A DNA stretch of 64,000 nucleotides, from the sequence record NC_054914.1; one strand, given 5' to 3'. Made by a program: the position numbers and the translations under genes. Below, one piece after another: positions 43,884-55,567 of the stretch. This DNA comes from Escherichia phage vB_EcoM-fFiEco06. The notes beneath the pieces are model-generated. The model was not told where the DNA came from, did no database searches, and was given only the letters and a program-made list of their open reading frames with translations. Numbering within the stretch: the stretch's first letter is position 1; every line of letters begins with the position of its first letter.

Positions 43884-44801
43884 TCAAAATTCATTAATGC
43901 TATTAGTTAATTTAGAAAGACCCGCTTTTACAAAATATGAATAAATTTTGCCACGCGGTGGTAATTTATATGAATTATAGTAATTCACAATGTTTGAAGC
44001 AATATTATCAGGAATATAATCAAAATCAATTAGAACTAAATTTTCTTTATAACGATTATACTCAGATTCTGAGAGAAGCACCTTAGCTTGCTCACGGTCA
44101 TTAGCAATAGCTTCAACGATTGAAGTTTTCATTGAAGGAGTTCGTTCACCTTCAACTCTGGTAAACCAAAAGTCAGATCGTACTTTAACTGAAGCAACGT
44201 TATCCTTTTTGTCGCCTTTAAGGATTTTAGTCATACAGTCAATTTCAGCAGAACCGCTTTTAATTTTAACCCATTTCTTATGCATCGGTGACCATTGCTT
44301 AACATTTGGATATTTGTGAAGCTGTGTAAAGTCACCATCCGACGAAATGATTAAAATCTTGTGTCCTTCTAAAGAGAACTTTTTAACAAGAACAGCAATA
44401 TGGTCATCTGCTTCATACTTATCAATATCCATAACAATGTATGGCATATAAGCTTTCAATTCATCTATAACTTTATGGCTGGATTCAAAATAACCTTCCC
44501 AGTCCCAAGTAGATTCTTCTCGTGCTTTTCCACGGTTTTTCTTATAATAATAAGCAAAATCACGACGCCAGTATCCAGATTTCGCGTTATCAATACACAG
44601 CACAATTTTAGTGTATCCAAGCGTTTTTGCTTTTTTGACATTAAACTTAATTGAGTTCAATATCAAATGACGAACCATTGATAAATTAATTTTTTCTTTA
44701 TCTGGGAAGTTTACCAGAGCAGTTGAAAGAGCAATTTGACTAAAGTCAATAAAGCAAATTCCTTCTTTGTAATCTTCATCCAGCATCATTTCTAAATCCA
44801 T
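43884..44801 (-). CDS. rnh: RNase H / 5'-3' exonuclease
   Basis: 305 aa from MDLEMML…; FEN-type acidic residues. Confidence 0.9.
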   Translation of the reverse strand: MDLEMMLDEDYKEGICFIDFSQIALSTALVNFPDKEKINLSMVRHLILNSIKFNVKKAKTLGYTKIVLCIDNAKSGYWRRDFAYYYKKNRGKAREESTWDWEGYFESSHKVIDELKAYMPYIVMDIDKYEADDHIAVLVKKFSLEGHKILIISSDGDFTQLHKYPNVKQWSPMHKKWVKIKSGSAEIDCMTKILKGDKKDNVASVKVRSDFWFTRVEGERTPSMKTSIVEAIANDREQAKVLLSESEYNRYKENLVLIDFDYIPDNIASNIVNYYNSYKLPPRGKIYSYFVKAGLSKLTNSINEF

Positions 44802-44863
44802 ATGAACCTCGTTCAATTAGTGAGATTTCTATTATATACTATCTAAATCTTAAAGTAAACAGG

Positions 44864-44871
44864 TATAAATA
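44864..44871 (+). promoter_or_regulatory. Late promoter TATAAATA upstream of gene 34
   Basis: Exact match about 35 nt upstream of the ATG. Confidence 0.6.
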
Positions 44872-44905
44872 CTTATTATTGAAAACACAATAGGAGCCCG
44901 GGAGA

Positions 44906-47900
44906 ATGGCCGAGATTAAAAGAAAGTTCAGAGCAGAAGATGGTCTGGACGCAGGTGGCGATAAAATAATCAACGTAGCTTTAGCTGATCGTACCGTAGG
45001 AACTGACGGTGTTAACGTTGATTACTTAATTCAAGAAAACACAGTTCAGCAATATGACCCAACTCGTGGATATTTAAAAGATTTTGTAATCATTTATAAT
45101 AATCGTTTTTGGGCAGCAACGGATAATATTCCAAAACCTGCTGGAAATTTTAATAGAATTCGTTGGAAAGCATTACGTACTGATGCCGTATATACAACCG
45201 TATCATCTGGACCATATCAATTAAAATCCGGAGAAGCAATTTCAGTAGATACATCAGTTGGCAATGACATTGAGTTTACTTTACCACCTTCTCCGCTTGA
45301 TGGAGAAACCGTAATAATTCAAGATATCGGTGGAAAACCTGGCATAAATCAGGTTAAAATAAATTCTTCAAATCAGAGTATTGTCAATTTTAGAGGTGAA
45401 CAGGTACGTTCAGTTTTAATGACTCATCCAAAGTCACAGATGGTATTCATTTTTAATAATCGTTTGTGGCAAATGTATATTGCTGATTATAGCAGAGAAG
45501 CTGCGATTGTTACTCCATCGACTGCATATCAAGCACAATCTAATGATTTTATCGTACGTAGATTTACTTCTGCTGCACCAATTAATGTTAAACTTCCGAG
45601 ATTTGCTAATCATGGCGATATTATTAATTTCGTTGATTTAGATAAACTGAATCCACTTTATCATACAATTGTTACTACATACGATGAAACGACTTCAGTA
45701 CAAGAAGTTGGAACTCATTCCATTGAAGGCCGTACATCGATTGACGGTTTCTTGATGTTTGACGATAATGAGAAATTGTGGAGATTGTTTGACGGGGATA
45801 GTAAAGCACGTTTACGCATTATAACAACTAATTCAAATATTCGTCCAAATGAAGAAGTCATGGTATTTGGCGCGAATAATGGAACAACCCAAACAATTGA
45901 ACTTCAGCTTCCGACTGATATTTCTGTTGGTGATACTGTTAAAATTTCCATGAATTACATGAGAAAAGGACAAACAGTTAAAATCAAAGCTGCTGGTGAA
46001 GATAAAATTGCTTCTTCAGTTCAATTGCTGCAATTCCCAAAACGTTCAGAATATCCGCCTGAAGCTGAATGGGTAACAGTTCAAGAATTAGTTTTTAACG
46101 GTGAAACTAATTATGTACCAGTTTTGCAACTTGCTTATATAGAAGATTCTGATGGAAAATACTGGGTTGTACAGCAAAACGTTCCAACAGTTGAAAGAGT
46201 CGATTCTTTAAATAATTCTACTAGAGCAAGATTAGGCGTAATTGCTTTAGCTACACAAGCTCAAGCAAATGCTGATTTAGAAAATTCTCCGCAAAAAGAA
46301 TTGGCAATTACTCCAGAAACGTTAGCTAATCGTACTGCTACAGAAACTCGCAGAGGTATTGCAAGAATAGCAACTACTGCTCAAGTGAATCAGAACACCA
46401 CATTCTCTTTTGCAGATGACCTTATCATCACTCCTAAAAAGCTGAATGAAAGAACTGCTACAGAAACTCGCAGAGGTGTCGCTGAAATTGCTACGCAGCA
46501 GGAAACTAATACAGGTACTGATGATACTACAATCATTACTCCTAAAAAGCTTCAAGCTCGCCAAGGTTCTGAATCATTATCTGGTATTGTAACTTTTGTA
46601 TCTACCGCAGGAGCTACTCCAGCTTCTAGTCGTGAATTAAATGGTACGAATGTTTATAATAAAAACACTAATAATTTAGTTGTTTCACCTAAAGCTTTGG
46701 ATCAGTATAAAGCTACTCCAACGCAACAAGGCGCAGTAATTTTAGCAGTTGAAAGTGAAGTAATTGCTGGACAAAGCCAAGAAGGATGGGCAAATGCGGT
46801 TGTAACGCCAGAAACGTTACATAAAAAGACATCAACTGATGGAAGAATTGGTTTAATTGAAATTGCTACGCAAAGTGAAGTTAATACAGGAACTGACTAT
46901 ACTCGTGCAGTCACTCCTAAAACTTTAAATGACCGTAGAGCAACTGAAAGTTTAAGTGGTATAGCTGAAATTGCTACGCAAGTTGAATTCGACGCAGGCG
47001 TCGACGATACTCGTATCTCTACACCATTAAAAATTAAAACCAGATTTAATAGTACTGATCGTACTTCTGTTGTTGCTCTATCTGGATTAGTTGAATCAGG
47101 AACTCTCTGGGACCATTATACCCTTAATATTCTTGAAGCAAATGAGACACAGCGTGGTACACTTCGTGTAGCTACACAAGTTGAAGCTGCTGCAGGAACA
47201 TTGGATAATGTTCTAATAACTCCTAAAAAGCTTTTAGGTACTAAATCTACTGAAGCGCAGGAAGGCGTTATTAAAGTTGCAACTCGGTCTGAAACTGTAG
47301 CTGGAACGTCAGCAAATACTGCTGTATCTCCAAAAAATTTAAAATGGATTGTGCAGAGTGAACCTACTTGGGCAGCGACTACTGCGATAAGAGGTTTTGT
47401 TAAAACTTCGTCTGGTTCAATTACATTCGTTGGTAATGATACAGCTGGTTCAACACAGCCATTAGAATCATATGAGAAAAATGGTTATGCAGTATCACCA
47501 TATGAATTAAATCGCGTATTAGCAAATTATTTGCCGTTAAAAGCAAAAGCCGTAGATAGTAATTTATTAGATGGTCTAGATTCGCTCCAGTTCATTCGTA
47601 GGGACATTGCACAAACAGTTAATGGTTCACTAACCTTAACCCAACAAACGAATCTGAGTGCCCCTCTTGTATCATCTAGTACTGCTACATTCGGTGGATC
47701 AGTTTCAGCAAATAGTACATTAACTATTTCTAATACTGGAACGGCAACTCGTCTGATTTTTGAGAAAGGACCTCAAACTGGAACAAACCCGGCTCAAACG
47801 ATGACAGTCAGAGTGTGGGGAAATCAATTTAGCGGGGAATCAGACACAACACGTTCTACCGTATTTGAAGTTAGTGATGAAACGTCTAGTCATTTTTATT

Positions 47901-48775
47901 CTCAGCGTAATAAAGCTGGAAATATAACATTTAATATCAACGGTACAGTAACACCGATAAATGTTAATGCTTCAGGAACATTGAATGCAAATGGTGTAGC
48001 AACATTTGGTAATTCAGTCACTGCAACTGGTGAAATTATTTCTCGAAGCGCAAATGCTTTCCGTGCTATTAACGGAAATTATGGTTTCATTGTTCGCAAT
48101 GATGGGTCAGTAACGAATTTTATGCTTACTGCATCGGGTGATCAAACTGGCGGATTTAATGGATTGCGTCCTTTAGCTATTAATAATGCATCTGGCCAAG
48201 TAACGATTGGTGAAAGCTTAATCATTGCAAAAGGTGCTACTATAAGTTCGGGTGGTTTGACTGTTAACTCGAGAATTCGTTCTCAGGGTACTAAAACCTC
48301 TGATTTATATACCCGTGCGCCAACATCTGATACAGTAGGATTCTGGTCAATCGATATTAATGATTCAGCCACTTATAACCAGTTCCCGGGTTATTTTAAA
48401 ATGGTTGAAAAAACTAATGAAGTGACTGGACTTCCATACTTAGAACGTGGTGAAGAAGTTAAATCTCCTGGTACATTGACTCAGTTTGGTAACACACTTG
48501 ATTCACTTTACCAAGATTGGATTACTTATCCAACGACCCCAGAAGCACGTACCACTCGCTGGACACGTACATGGCAGAAAACCAAAAACTCTTGGTCAAG
48601 TTTTGTTCAGGTATTTGACGGAGGTAACCCTCCTCAACCTTCAGATATAGGAGCGATCCCATCTGATAATGGAATAATAGGTAATCTTACTATTCGCGAT
48701 TTCTTGCGAATTGGTAATGTTCGCATTATTCCTGACCCAGTGAATAAAACTGTTAAATTTGAGTGGATTGAATAA
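44906..48775 (+). CDS. 34: Long tail fibre proximal subunit gp34
   Basis: 1289 aa; repetitive …ETRRG(I/V)A… segments. Confidence 0.93.
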   Translation: MAEIKRKFRAEDGLDAGGDKIINVALADRTVGTDGVNVDYLIQENTVQQYDPTRGYLKDFVIIYNNRFWAATDNIPKPAGNFNRIRWKALRTDAVYTTVSSGPYQLKSGEAISVDTSVGNDIEFTLPPSPLDGETVIIQDIGGKPGINQVKINSSNQSIVNFRGEQVRSVLMTHPKSQMVFIFNNRLWQMYIADYSREAAIVTPSTAYQAQSNDFIVRRFTSAAPINVKLPRFANHGDIINFVDLDKLNPLYHTIVTTYDETTSVQEVGTHSIEGRTSIDGFLMFDDNEKLWRLFDGDSKARLRIITTNSNIRPNEEVMVFGANNGTTQTIELQLPTDISVGDTVKISMNYMRKGQTVKIKAAGEDKIASSVQLLQFPKRSEYPPEAEWVTVQELVFNGETNYVPVLQLAYIEDSDGKYWVVQQNVPTVERVDSLNNSTRARLGVIALATQAQANADLENSPQKELAITPETLANRTATETRRGIARIATTAQVNQNTTFSFADDLIITPKKLNERTATETRRGVAEIATQQETNTGTDDTTIITPKKLQARQGSESLSGIVTFVSTAGATPASSRELNGTNVYNKNTNNLVVSPKALDQYKATPTQQGAVILAVESEVIAGQSQEGWANAVVTPETLHKKTSTDGRIGLIEIATQSEVNTGTDYTRAVTPKTLNDRRATESLSGIAEIATQVEFDAGVDDTRISTPLKIKTRFNSTDRTSVVALSGLVESGTLWDHYTLNILEANETQRGTLRVATQVEAAAGTLDNVLITPKKLLGTKSTEAQEGVIKVATRSETVAGTSANTAVSPKNLKWIVQSEPTWAATTAIRGFVKTSSGSITFVGNDTAGSTQPLESYEKNGYAVSPYELNRVLANYLPLKAKAVDSNLLDGLDSLQFIRRDIAQTVNGSLTLTQQTNLSAPLVSSSTATFGGSVSANSTLTISNTGTATRLIFEKGPQTGTNPAQTMTVRVWGNQFSGESDTTRSTVFEVSDETSSHFYSQRNKAGNITFNINGTVTPINVNASGTLNANGVATFGNSVTATGEIISRSANAFRAINGNYGFIVRNDGSVTNFMLTASGDQTGGFNGLRPLAINNASGQVTIGESLIIAKGATISSGGLTVNSRIRSQGTKTSDLYTRAPTSDTVGFWSIDINDSATYNQFPGYFKMVEKTNEVTGLPYLERGEEVKSPGTLTQFGNTLDSLYQDWITYPTTPEARTTRWTRTWQKTKNSWSSFVQVFDGGNPPQPSDIGAIPSDNGIIGNLTIRDFLRIGNVRIIPDPVNKTVKFEWIE

Positions 48776-48783
48776 GAGGTATT

Positions 48784-49899
48784 ATGGAAAAATTTATGGC
48801 AGAGTTTGGACAAGGATATGTCCAAACGCCATTTTTATCGGAAAGCAATTCAGTAAGATATAAAATAAGCATAGCGGGTTCTTGCCCGCTTTCTACTGCG
48901 GGGCCATATGTTAAATTTCAGGATAATCCCGTTGGAAATCAAACATTTAGTGCAGGTCTTCATTTAAGAGTTTTTGACCCTTCTACAGGAGCATTAGTTG
49001 ATAGTAAGTCATATGCTTTTTCTACTTCAAATAATACTACATCAGCTGCTTTTGTTAGTTTCATGAATTCTTTGTCAAACAATAGACTTGTTGCTATATT
49101 AACTAGCGGAAAGGTTAATTTTCCTCCTGAAGTGGTATCTTGGTTAAGGGGAGCAGGAACTTCAGTTTTTCCATCAGATTCAGTATTGTCAAGATTTGAC
49201 GTATCATATGCTGCTTTTTATACTTCTTCTAAAAGAGCTATTGCATTAGAGCATGTTAAACTAAGTAATAGAAAAAGCACAGATGATTATCAAACTATTT
49301 TAGATGTTGTATTTGATAGTTTAGAAGACGTCGGAGCGACAGGATTTCCAAAAAGAACTTATGAAAGTGTCGAGCAATTCATGTCAGCAGTTGGTGGAAC
49401 TAATAACGAAATTGCGCGATTGCCAACTTCAGCTGCTATAAGTAAACTTTCTGACTATAATTTAATTCCTGGTGATGTTCTTTATCTTAAAGCACAGTTA
49501 TATGCTGATGCTGATTTACTTGATCTTGGAACTACAAACATATCCATTCGTTTTTATGATGCATCAAATGGATATATTTCCTCGACCCAAGCTGAGTTTA
49601 CTGGGCAAGCTGGGTCTTGGGAATTAAAAGAAGACTATGTAGTTGTTCCAGAAAACGCCGTAGGATTTACGATATATGCGCAAAGAACTGCTCAAGCAGG
49701 TCAAGGCGGCATGAGAAATTTAAGTTTTTCTGAAGTATCAAGAAATGGCGGCATTTCAAAACCTGCCGAATTTGGCGTCAACGGTATTCGCGTTAATTAT
49801 GTCTGTGAATCGGCTTCACCTCCAGATATAATGGTACTTCCTACACAAGCCTCTTCTAAAACTGGCAAAGTGTTTGGACAGGAATTTAGAGAAGTTTAA
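48784..49899 (+). CDS. 35: Long tail fibre hinge protein gp35
   Basis: 371 aa; synteny. Confidence 0.9.
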   Translation: MEKFMAEFGQGYVQTPFLSESNSVRYKISIAGSCPLSTAGPYVKFQDNPVGNQTFSAGLHLRVFDPSTGALVDSKSYAFSTSNNTTSAAFVSFMNSLSNNRLVAILTSGKVNFPPEVVSWLRGAGTSVFPSDSVLSRFDVSYAAFYTSSKRAIALEHVKLSNRKSTDDYQTILDVVFDSLEDVGATGFPKRTYESVEQFMSAVGGTNNEIARLPTSAAISKLSDYNLIPGDVLYLKAQLYADADLLDLGTTNISIRFYDASNGYISSTQAEFTGQAGSWELKEDYVVVPENAVGFTIYAQRTAQAGQGGMRNLSFSEVSRNGGISKPAEFGVNGIRVNYVCESASPPDIMVLPTQASSKTGKVFGQEFREV

Positions 49900-49903
49900 A
49901 CTG

Positions 49904-49930
49904 AGGGAGCCTTCGGGTTCCCTTTTTCTT
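49904..49930 (+). terminator. Hairpin (gggagcc-ttcg-ggttccc) + T-run after gene 35
   Basis: GC stem with TTCG loop followed by TTTTTCTTT. Confidence 0.5.
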
Positions 49931-49938
49931 TATAAATA
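49931..49938 (+). promoter_or_regulatory. Late promoter TATAAATA upstream of gene 36
   Basis: Exact match about 24 nt upstream of the ATG. Confidence 0.6.
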
Positions 49939-49961
49939 ATATTAAAATAAAGGGGCATATA

Positions 49962-50612
49962 ATGGCTGATTTAAAAGTAGGTTCAACTGTGGGTGGATCT
50001 GTCATTTGGCATCAAGGAAATTTTCCATTGAATTCAGCCGGTGACGATGTACTCTACAAATCATTTAAAATATATTCAGAATATAATAAACCGCAGGCAG
50101 CTGATAACGATTTCGTTTCTAAAGCTAATGGTGGTACTTACGCCGGTCCAATTACTATTAATTACGGGGTAAATAGTTATCTTCAATTAAGTAATAATGA
50201 AACCCCTATCCGAATTCGTTCTGGTGGCGGCACTGGTAATACTCTTGTAGTTGGTGGCTCTTCTGGCGGTATTAGTTTTAGACCAGCAGGTAGTGAAATC
50301 ACTACTGGACAAATTACTATTACGCCAGAAGGTTTGACAACATTTACCAAAGCTGTAACGGCTCCATCTGTAACTGTTACATCTACTCCTTCCGCAGCAT
50401 CTGATGTTACTCGCAAAGATTATGTTGATGGAGCAATAAATACTGTTACAGCAAATGCAAACTCTAGGGTATTACGCTCTGGAGACACTATGACAGGAAA
50501 TTTAACTGCGCCAAACCTTTTTTCACAGAATCCTGCATCTCAACCTTCACACGTTCCACGATTTGACCAAATCGTAATTAAGGATTCTGTTCAAGATTTC
50601 GGCTATTATTAA
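49962..50612 (+). CDS. 36: Long tail fibre distal connector gp36
   Basis: 216 aa; synteny. Confidence 0.88.
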   Translation: MADLKVGSTVGGSVIWHQGNFPLNSAGDDVLYKSFKIYSEYNKPQAADNDFVSKANGGTYAGPITINYGVNSYLQLSNNETPIRIRSGGGTGNTLVVGGSSGGISFRPAGSEITTGQITITPEGLTTFTKAVTAPSVTVTSTPSAASDVTRKDYVDGAINTVTANANSRVLRSGDTMTGNLTAPNLFSQNPASQPSHVPRFDQIVIKDSVQDFGYY

Positions 50613-50620
50613 GAGGACTT

Positions 50621-53605
50621 ATGGCTACTTTAAAACAAATACAATTTAAAAGAAGCAAAACTGCAGGTCAACGTCCTGCTGCTTCAGTATTAGCCGAAGG
50701 TGAATTGGCTATAAACTTAAAAGATAAAACAATTTTCACAAAAGATGACTCAGGTAGTGTTATAGAATTAGGTTTAAAATATGGAGGAACAATTGATGGT
50801 TCTTTAACTGTTAATGGAAATATAATTGGAAATTTAACAGGTAACGCTGCAACTGCAACGAAATTAAAAACAGCACGAAAAATTAATGGTATATCCTTTG
50901 ATGGGTCAAAAGATATCACGCTAACTCCATCTGACATAAATGTCAATAGCACAACGTTTATAAAAAATAATGGCGAATTACCTGTTGATGCTAATTTAGA
51001 TACGTATGGGCCTGTTGAAGAATGTCTTGGAGTTTGGTCGAAAGCAACTTCAACCAACGCTCAACCAGCAAATAAATTTCCAGAAGAAAATGCTGTAGGT
51101 GTGCTAGAAGTATTTGTGGCCGGTCAATTTGCTGGTACTCAGAGATATACAACTAGATACGGAAATGTTTATATTCGTTCCTTGACTGCTACATGGAACG
51201 GAGTAAATGGTCCGTGGAGTGTGTGGCGAAATATTCAATCTGGTACTCGTCCACTGTCAACAACAATTGATCTTAATGATCTAGGAGGCGCTGAACACTT
51301 TGGTTTGTGGCGAAATAGTTCAAATTCCATTGCTACCTTTGACAGAAATTTCCCAGAAGAAGGATCGTCCGCTCAAGGACTTTTAGAAGTATATGAAGGT
51401 GGAAACTATTCTCGCACACAGAGATATACGACCAGATTTGGTGTTGTTTATACTCGTTGTCTTACTGCTGCGTGGGATGCTTCTGCGCCTAAATGGGGAC
51501 CTTGGCAACAAGTCGGTAATGTCACACCGGCGACTTTCTATGACGGAGATCTGAATGATTTTAAAACTCCTGGGTTATATAATATTTTAGGCACTGATGC
51601 CGTTATTAACTGTCCTACCGGTGAAGGTTTGCCGACTGTTATTGTTGGTTTGCTGGAAGTTAAACAGCGTGCTTCTGGCGGTGCTATTTTCCAAAAATTT
51701 ACTACTGCCGGAACGGGTGCAACTACTCGCGATCGTATTTTTGAGCGTGCATATACTGGTGGTGTGTGGGGTGCATGGAACGAAGTATATACATCTTATT
51801 CTCTTCCAATTACTTTGGGTATGGGTGGTATTAAAGCTCAATTAGCGGAGTTAGATTGGCAAACCTTTGATTTTGTTCCTGGTAGTATGTTTAGCGTTCC
51901 TTTGAACAAAATAAAGAACATGCCAGCAAATATGGATTGGGGGACGATTGACGGAAACCTGGTTATGTTTTCCGTTGGTCCTAGCGAACACACTAGCACA
52001 GGGCGTACTGTTCAGGTTTGGCGCGGTACTGTATCCCAGACAAACTACCGTTATTTTGTCGTTCGTGTGTTCGGTAATTCTGGAAATAGAACTTGCACAG
52101 TCCGCCGTGTTGTTCTTGAAGATGGTCGCCACACATGGACAGCTCAACAAGATTTTAATGGTGCTGTTAACTTCGGTGCTCCTACCAATTTTAACTCTAC
52201 TGTTAACCTTAATAACACTACCACATTTAAAACAGAAGTTAAATTCCGCTCATCTAATGCATTCCGTATGTATGGCGGAAAATTTGGTACAATTTTCCGT
52301 AATGATGGAGAGAGTCTTTATATTCTTTCCACCGACGAAAATGATCAAGATGGAAACTTTAATACAAATAGACCTTTCCGTTATGAATTAAGAACTGGTG
52401 ATGTTACTTTGGGTGGTACTAGTGGTGCTAACGTTTTAAAATTAAAACGCGATTCTCTCACCGCATTTTTTGGTGGTGATATTAATATAAAAGGCTTGAT
52501 GACTTTTGATGCCGGACGTTTAGGATCACGAGATTATTTTAAATTTAACCATTGGGGTGATAGTAATAATGCGCGCGATAACATTATTCAGTTAGAAGAC
52601 AGCAAAGGCGTTCATTTTTCCACTGAACGTACTTTAGCGACTGGTGCAATTAAAACTAAATTCTTTGGTGAAGTTGAATCCGAAGGTAGATTGATTATTA
52701 AACGTCCGGGTGATTCTATTGTATTATCAACAACTGCTGGTAATGCTTTGCATATTCGTGGTGACGTAGACGGGAGTGGTAACTGGTATATTGGTAAGGG
52801 TGGTGCTGATAATTCGCTAGCATTTTATAGCTATGCTACTCAGGCGGCAGTACATATCACAAACAATGGTGAGATTTCGCTAAATCCACAAAATATCGCA
52901 ATGGTTAACGTTAACCGCGATCGTGTACACATTAACGGTTCTGGATGGATTGCTAGACAACCGGGTGATTGGGGCAACCAATGGCGAGTAGAAGCTCCAT
53001 TATTCGTCGATCATGGTTATGTTTCACAGGATTGTTATTATCCAATTATTAAAGGAAGAAGTGTAATCACCAATCAAGGGTTTGTAACTGCCGTCGATCT
53101 TGGTATTCGTCGTGTCCCTAACAATTGGGGGCAAGCAATTATTCGTGTTGGATCTGCAGAGGCATCGCCAGCGGCTGGACACCCTAACGCGGTATTTGAA
53201 TTTCATTACGACGGTACTTTCTATTCTCCTGGTAATGGTAACTTTAACGATGTGTATATTCGTTCCGATGGTCGTCTTAAGATTAATAAAAAAGAGCTAG
53301 AAAACGGAGCACTTGAAAAAGTATGTCGACTGAAAGTTTATATTTACGATAAAGTTAAGTCTATTAAAGACCGTAGTGTTATTAAACGTGAAGTTGGTAT
53401 TATTGCTCAGGACCTTGAAAAGGAATTACCGGAAGCTGTATCTAAAGTTGAAGTTGATGGATCTGATGTTCTGACAATTTCTAACTCTGCTGTGAATGCT
53501 CTTTTAATTAAGGCTATTCAGGAAATGAGTGAAGAAATTAAAGAATTGAAAACGCCTCTCTTTACTAAAATTGCTCGCAAAATTAGTAAATATTTTAAAT
53601 TCTAA
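50621..53605 (+). CDS. 37: Long tail fibre distal subunit gp37 with C-terminal intramolecular-chaperone-type domain
   Basis: 994 aa; C-terminal ~110 aa (…[15 protein letters not shown]…) resembles tailspike auto-processing chaperone domains. Confidence 0.9.
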   Translation: MATLKQIQFKRSKTAGQRPAASVLAEGELAINLKDKTIFTKDDSGSVIELGLKYGGTIDGSLTVNGNIIGNLTGNAATATKLKTARKINGISFDGSKDITLTPSDINVNSTTFIKNNGELPVDANLDTYGPVEECLGVWSKATSTNAQPANKFPEENAVGVLEVFVAGQFAGTQRYTTRYGNVYIRSLTATWNGVNGPWSVWRNIQSGTRPLSTTIDLNDLGGAEHFGLWRNSSNSIATFDRNFPEEGSSAQGLLEVYEGGNYSRTQRYTTRFGVVYTRCLTAAWDASAPKWGPWQQVGNVTPATFYDGDLNDFKTPGLYNILGTDAVINCPTGEGLPTVIVGLLEVKQRASGGAIFQKFTTAGTGATTRDRIFERAYTGGVWGAWNEVYTSYSLPITLGMGGIKAQLAELDWQTFDFVPGSMFSVPLNKIKNMPANMDWGTIDGNLVMFSVGPSEHTSTGRTVQVWRGTVSQTNYRYFVVRVFGNSGNRTCTVRRVVLEDGRHTWTAQQDFNGAVNFGAPTNFNSTVNLNNTTTFKTEVKFRSSNAFRMYGGKFGTIFRNDGESLYILSTDENDQDGNFNTNRPFRYELRTGDVTLGGTSGANVLKLKRDSLTAFFGGDINIKGLMTFDAGRLGSRDYFKFNHWGDSNNARDNIIQLEDSKGVHFSTERTLATGAIKTKFFGEVESEGRLIIKRPGDSIVLSTTAGNALHIRGDVDGSGNWYIGKGGADNSLAFYSYATQAAVHITNNGEISLNPQNIAMVNVNRDRVHINGSGWIARQPGDWGNQWRVEAPLFVDHGYVSQDCYYPIIKGRSVITNQGFVTAVDLGIRRVPNNWGQAIIRVGSAEASPAAGHPNAVFEFHYDGTFYSPGNGNFNDVYIRSDGRLKINKKELENGALEKVCRLKVYIYDKVKSIKDRSVIKREVGIIAQDLEKELPEAVSKVEVDGSDVLTISNSAVNALLIKAIQEMSEEIKELKTPLFTKIARKISKYFKF

Positions 53606-53612
53606 CAACAAG

Positions 53613-53627
53613 GGGGAAATGCCCCCT
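53613..53627 (+). terminator. Hairpin (ggggg-aaatg-ccccc) after gene 37
   Basis: 5-bp G/C stem followed by a short T tract. Confidence 0.45.
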
Positions 53628-53640
53628 TTGGAGTATAATT

Positions 53641-54441
53641 ATGGCAGTAGTTGGTGTTCCTGGTTGGATTGGAAGTTCAGCCGCAAATGAAACAGGACAG
53701 CGCTGGATGAGTCAAGCGGCTGGTCAATTAAGATTGGGTGTTCCTTGCTGGATGAGTCAATTTGCAGGTCGCTCACGAGAAATTATTCACACCCTTGGAG
53801 CGGACCATAACTTCAATGGTCAATGGTTCCGAGATAGATGTTTTGAGGCAGGTAGTGCACCTATAGTGTTTAATATTACCGGAAATTTGGTATCATATTC
53901 TAGAGACGTTCCTTTATTCTTCATGTATGGAGATACACCTAATGAATATGTTCAGTTGAATATTGGTGGCGGCGTCCATATGTGGGGTAGAGGTGGACAA
54001 GGTGGATGGACCCATTCCGGCGGAGATGGTAATGGTCAACAAGGTGGTCATTGTATTCAAAATGACATCGGTGGACGATTAAGAATTAATAACGGTGGAG
54101 TAATTTGTGGTGGAGGTGGAGGTGGAGGTGGTATCGCTTATCGTCCTCACTCTGGTGCAAATTGGCAAGATATTGGTGGTGGTGGAGGAAGACCATTTGG
54201 CCCAGGAGGAGGCGGAGGTTATTCCGGCGGCGCAGCTTCTTATGATGGCCCAGGAGGTGGTTATAATTATGGTAATGCTCACTCTGGCCAGGGTGGTGAT
54301 GCTGGCGCAAATGGACAAAATGCCTGGTATGATGGCGGTAAAGTTCTAAAAGTTGGAGCTGGTGGCGCTGCCGGATATGCTGTTATAGGATCAGCTCCAA
54401 CATGGCAAAATGTTGGAGTAATATATGGTCCAAGGGTATAA
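53641..54441 (+). CDS. 38: gp38 tail-fibre tip adhesin, glycine-rich (T2-type)
   Basis: 266 aa with several poly-Gly motifs (GGGGGGGG, GGGGG, GGGGG) separated by variable segments. Confidence 0.88.
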   Translation: MAVVGVPGWIGSSAANETGQRWMSQAAGQLRLGVPCWMSQFAGRSREIIHTLGADHNFNGQWFRDRCFEAGSAPIVFNITGNLVSYSRDVPLFFMYGDTPNEYVQLNIGGGVHMWGRGGQGGWTHSGGDGNGQQGGHCIQNDIGGRLRINNGGVICGGGGGGGGIAYRPHSGANWQDIGGGGGRPFGPGGGGGYSGGAASYDGPGGGYNYGNAHSGQGGDAGANGQNAWYDGGKVLKVGAGGAAGYAVIGSAPTWQNVGVIYGPRV

Positions 54442-54472
54442 TTTTGAATAAATATCCTTAAAAGGAGGGTCT

Positions 54473-55129
54473 ATGGCAGCACCTAGAATATCATTTTCGC
54501 CCTCTGATATTCTATTTGGTGTTCTAGATCGCTTGTTCAAAGATAACGCTACCGGGAAAGTTCTTGCTTCTCGGGTAGCTGTCGTAATTCTTTTGTTTAT
54601 GATGGCGATTGTTTGGTATAGGGGAGATAGTTTCTTTGAGTACTATAAGCAATCAAAGTATGAAACATACAGTGAAATTATTGAAAAGGAAAGAAATGCA
54701 CGCTTTGAATCTGTCGCCCTGGAACAACTCCAGATAGTTCACATATCATCTGAGGCAGACTTTAGTGCGGTGTATTCTTTCCGCCCTAAAAACTTAAACT
54801 ATTTTGTTGATATTATAGCATATGAAGGAAAATTACCTTCAACAATAAGTGAAAAATCACTTGGAGGATATCCTGTTGATAAAACTATGGATGAATATAC
54901 AGTTCATTTAAATGGACGTCATTATTATTCCGACTCAAAATTTGCTTTTTTACCAACTAAAAAGCCTACTCCCGAAATAAACTACATGTACAGTTGTCCA
55001 TATTTTAATTTGGATAATATCTATGCTGGAACGATAACCATGTACTGGTATAGAAATGATCATATAAGTAATGACCGCCTTGAATCAATATGTGCTCAGG
55101 CGGCCAGAATATTAGGAAGGGCTAAATAA
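54473..55129 (+). CDS. t: Holin T
   Basis: 218 aa; single N-terminal transmembrane segment and large periplasmic domain. Confidence 0.92.
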   Translation: MAAPRISFSPSDILFGVLDRLFKDNATGKVLASRVAVVILLFMMAIVWYRGDSFFEYYKQSKYETYSEIIEKERNARFESVALEQLQIVHISSEADFSAVYSFRPKNLNYFVDIIAYEGKLPSTISEKSLGGYPVDKTMDEYTVHLNGRHYYSDSKFAFLPTKKPTPEINYMYSCPYFNLDNIYAGTITMYWYRNDHISNDRLESICAQAARILGRAK

Positions 55130-55402
55130 TTATTTGTTCGTATACATTTCTAGATATCGATATACACCCTCAAAACCCTCGTTGAATTCATCGATGAGGG
55201 TTTTCTTATCTTCTTGAGTTAATTCAGAAACAATTTTACGAAATGAATTCTGATTTAACTTTCTACCTTCATGCGTTACTCCAATCTCATTAAGAAATGC
55301 AATAAAATTAGCACGATTCTCAACAATATCTTCTCTGGAAAATTTAATCAAAATAGATGCAACAGTAATAATTTCACGAACTGTATCAATGTTTTTATTC
55401 AT
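55130..55402 (-). CDS. asiA: Anti-sigma-70 factor AsiA
   Basis: 90 aa; matches my recollection of T4 AsiA. Confidence 0.92.
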   Translation of the reverse strand: MNKNIDTVREIITVASILIKFSREDIVENRANFIAFLNEIGVTHEGRKLNQNSFRKIVSELTQEDKKTLIDEFNEGFEGVYRYLEMYTNK

Positions 55403-55414
55403 TAACTATACCAC

Positions 55415-55567
55415 TCAATTAGTTGACTTTGTTATAATATCATCAGACGCTTGATTTGTAAACTGGTCTGTGTTATTTTCTTCAAAAATTTTTTCTACGA
55501 ATTCCTTGAACGACTCGCGTTCCTGAGCTACATTATGCTCGATTACCTTTTCAAGATTATGACTCAT
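55415..55567 (-). CDS. Hypothetical small protein (not in ORF track)
   Basis: 50-codon ORF whose ATG overlaps the arn TGA (ATGA); hand-translated. Confidence 0.4.
   Translation of the reverse strand: MSHNLEKVIEHNVAQERESFKEFVEKIFEENNTDQFTNQASDDIITKSTN

Noticed and set aside
53990-54330. Repetitive GGTGG tracts that could be mistaken for a CRISPR-like or simple repeat array
   Set aside because: The repeats are in-frame glycine codons within the gp38 adhesin; no spacer/repeat periodicity.
54079-54349. Three overlapping ORFs inside gene 38 (His/Leu-rich or Val/Glu-rich)
   Set aside because: Alternative-frame readings of the GGN-rich glycine repeat DNA of gp38; not independent genes.
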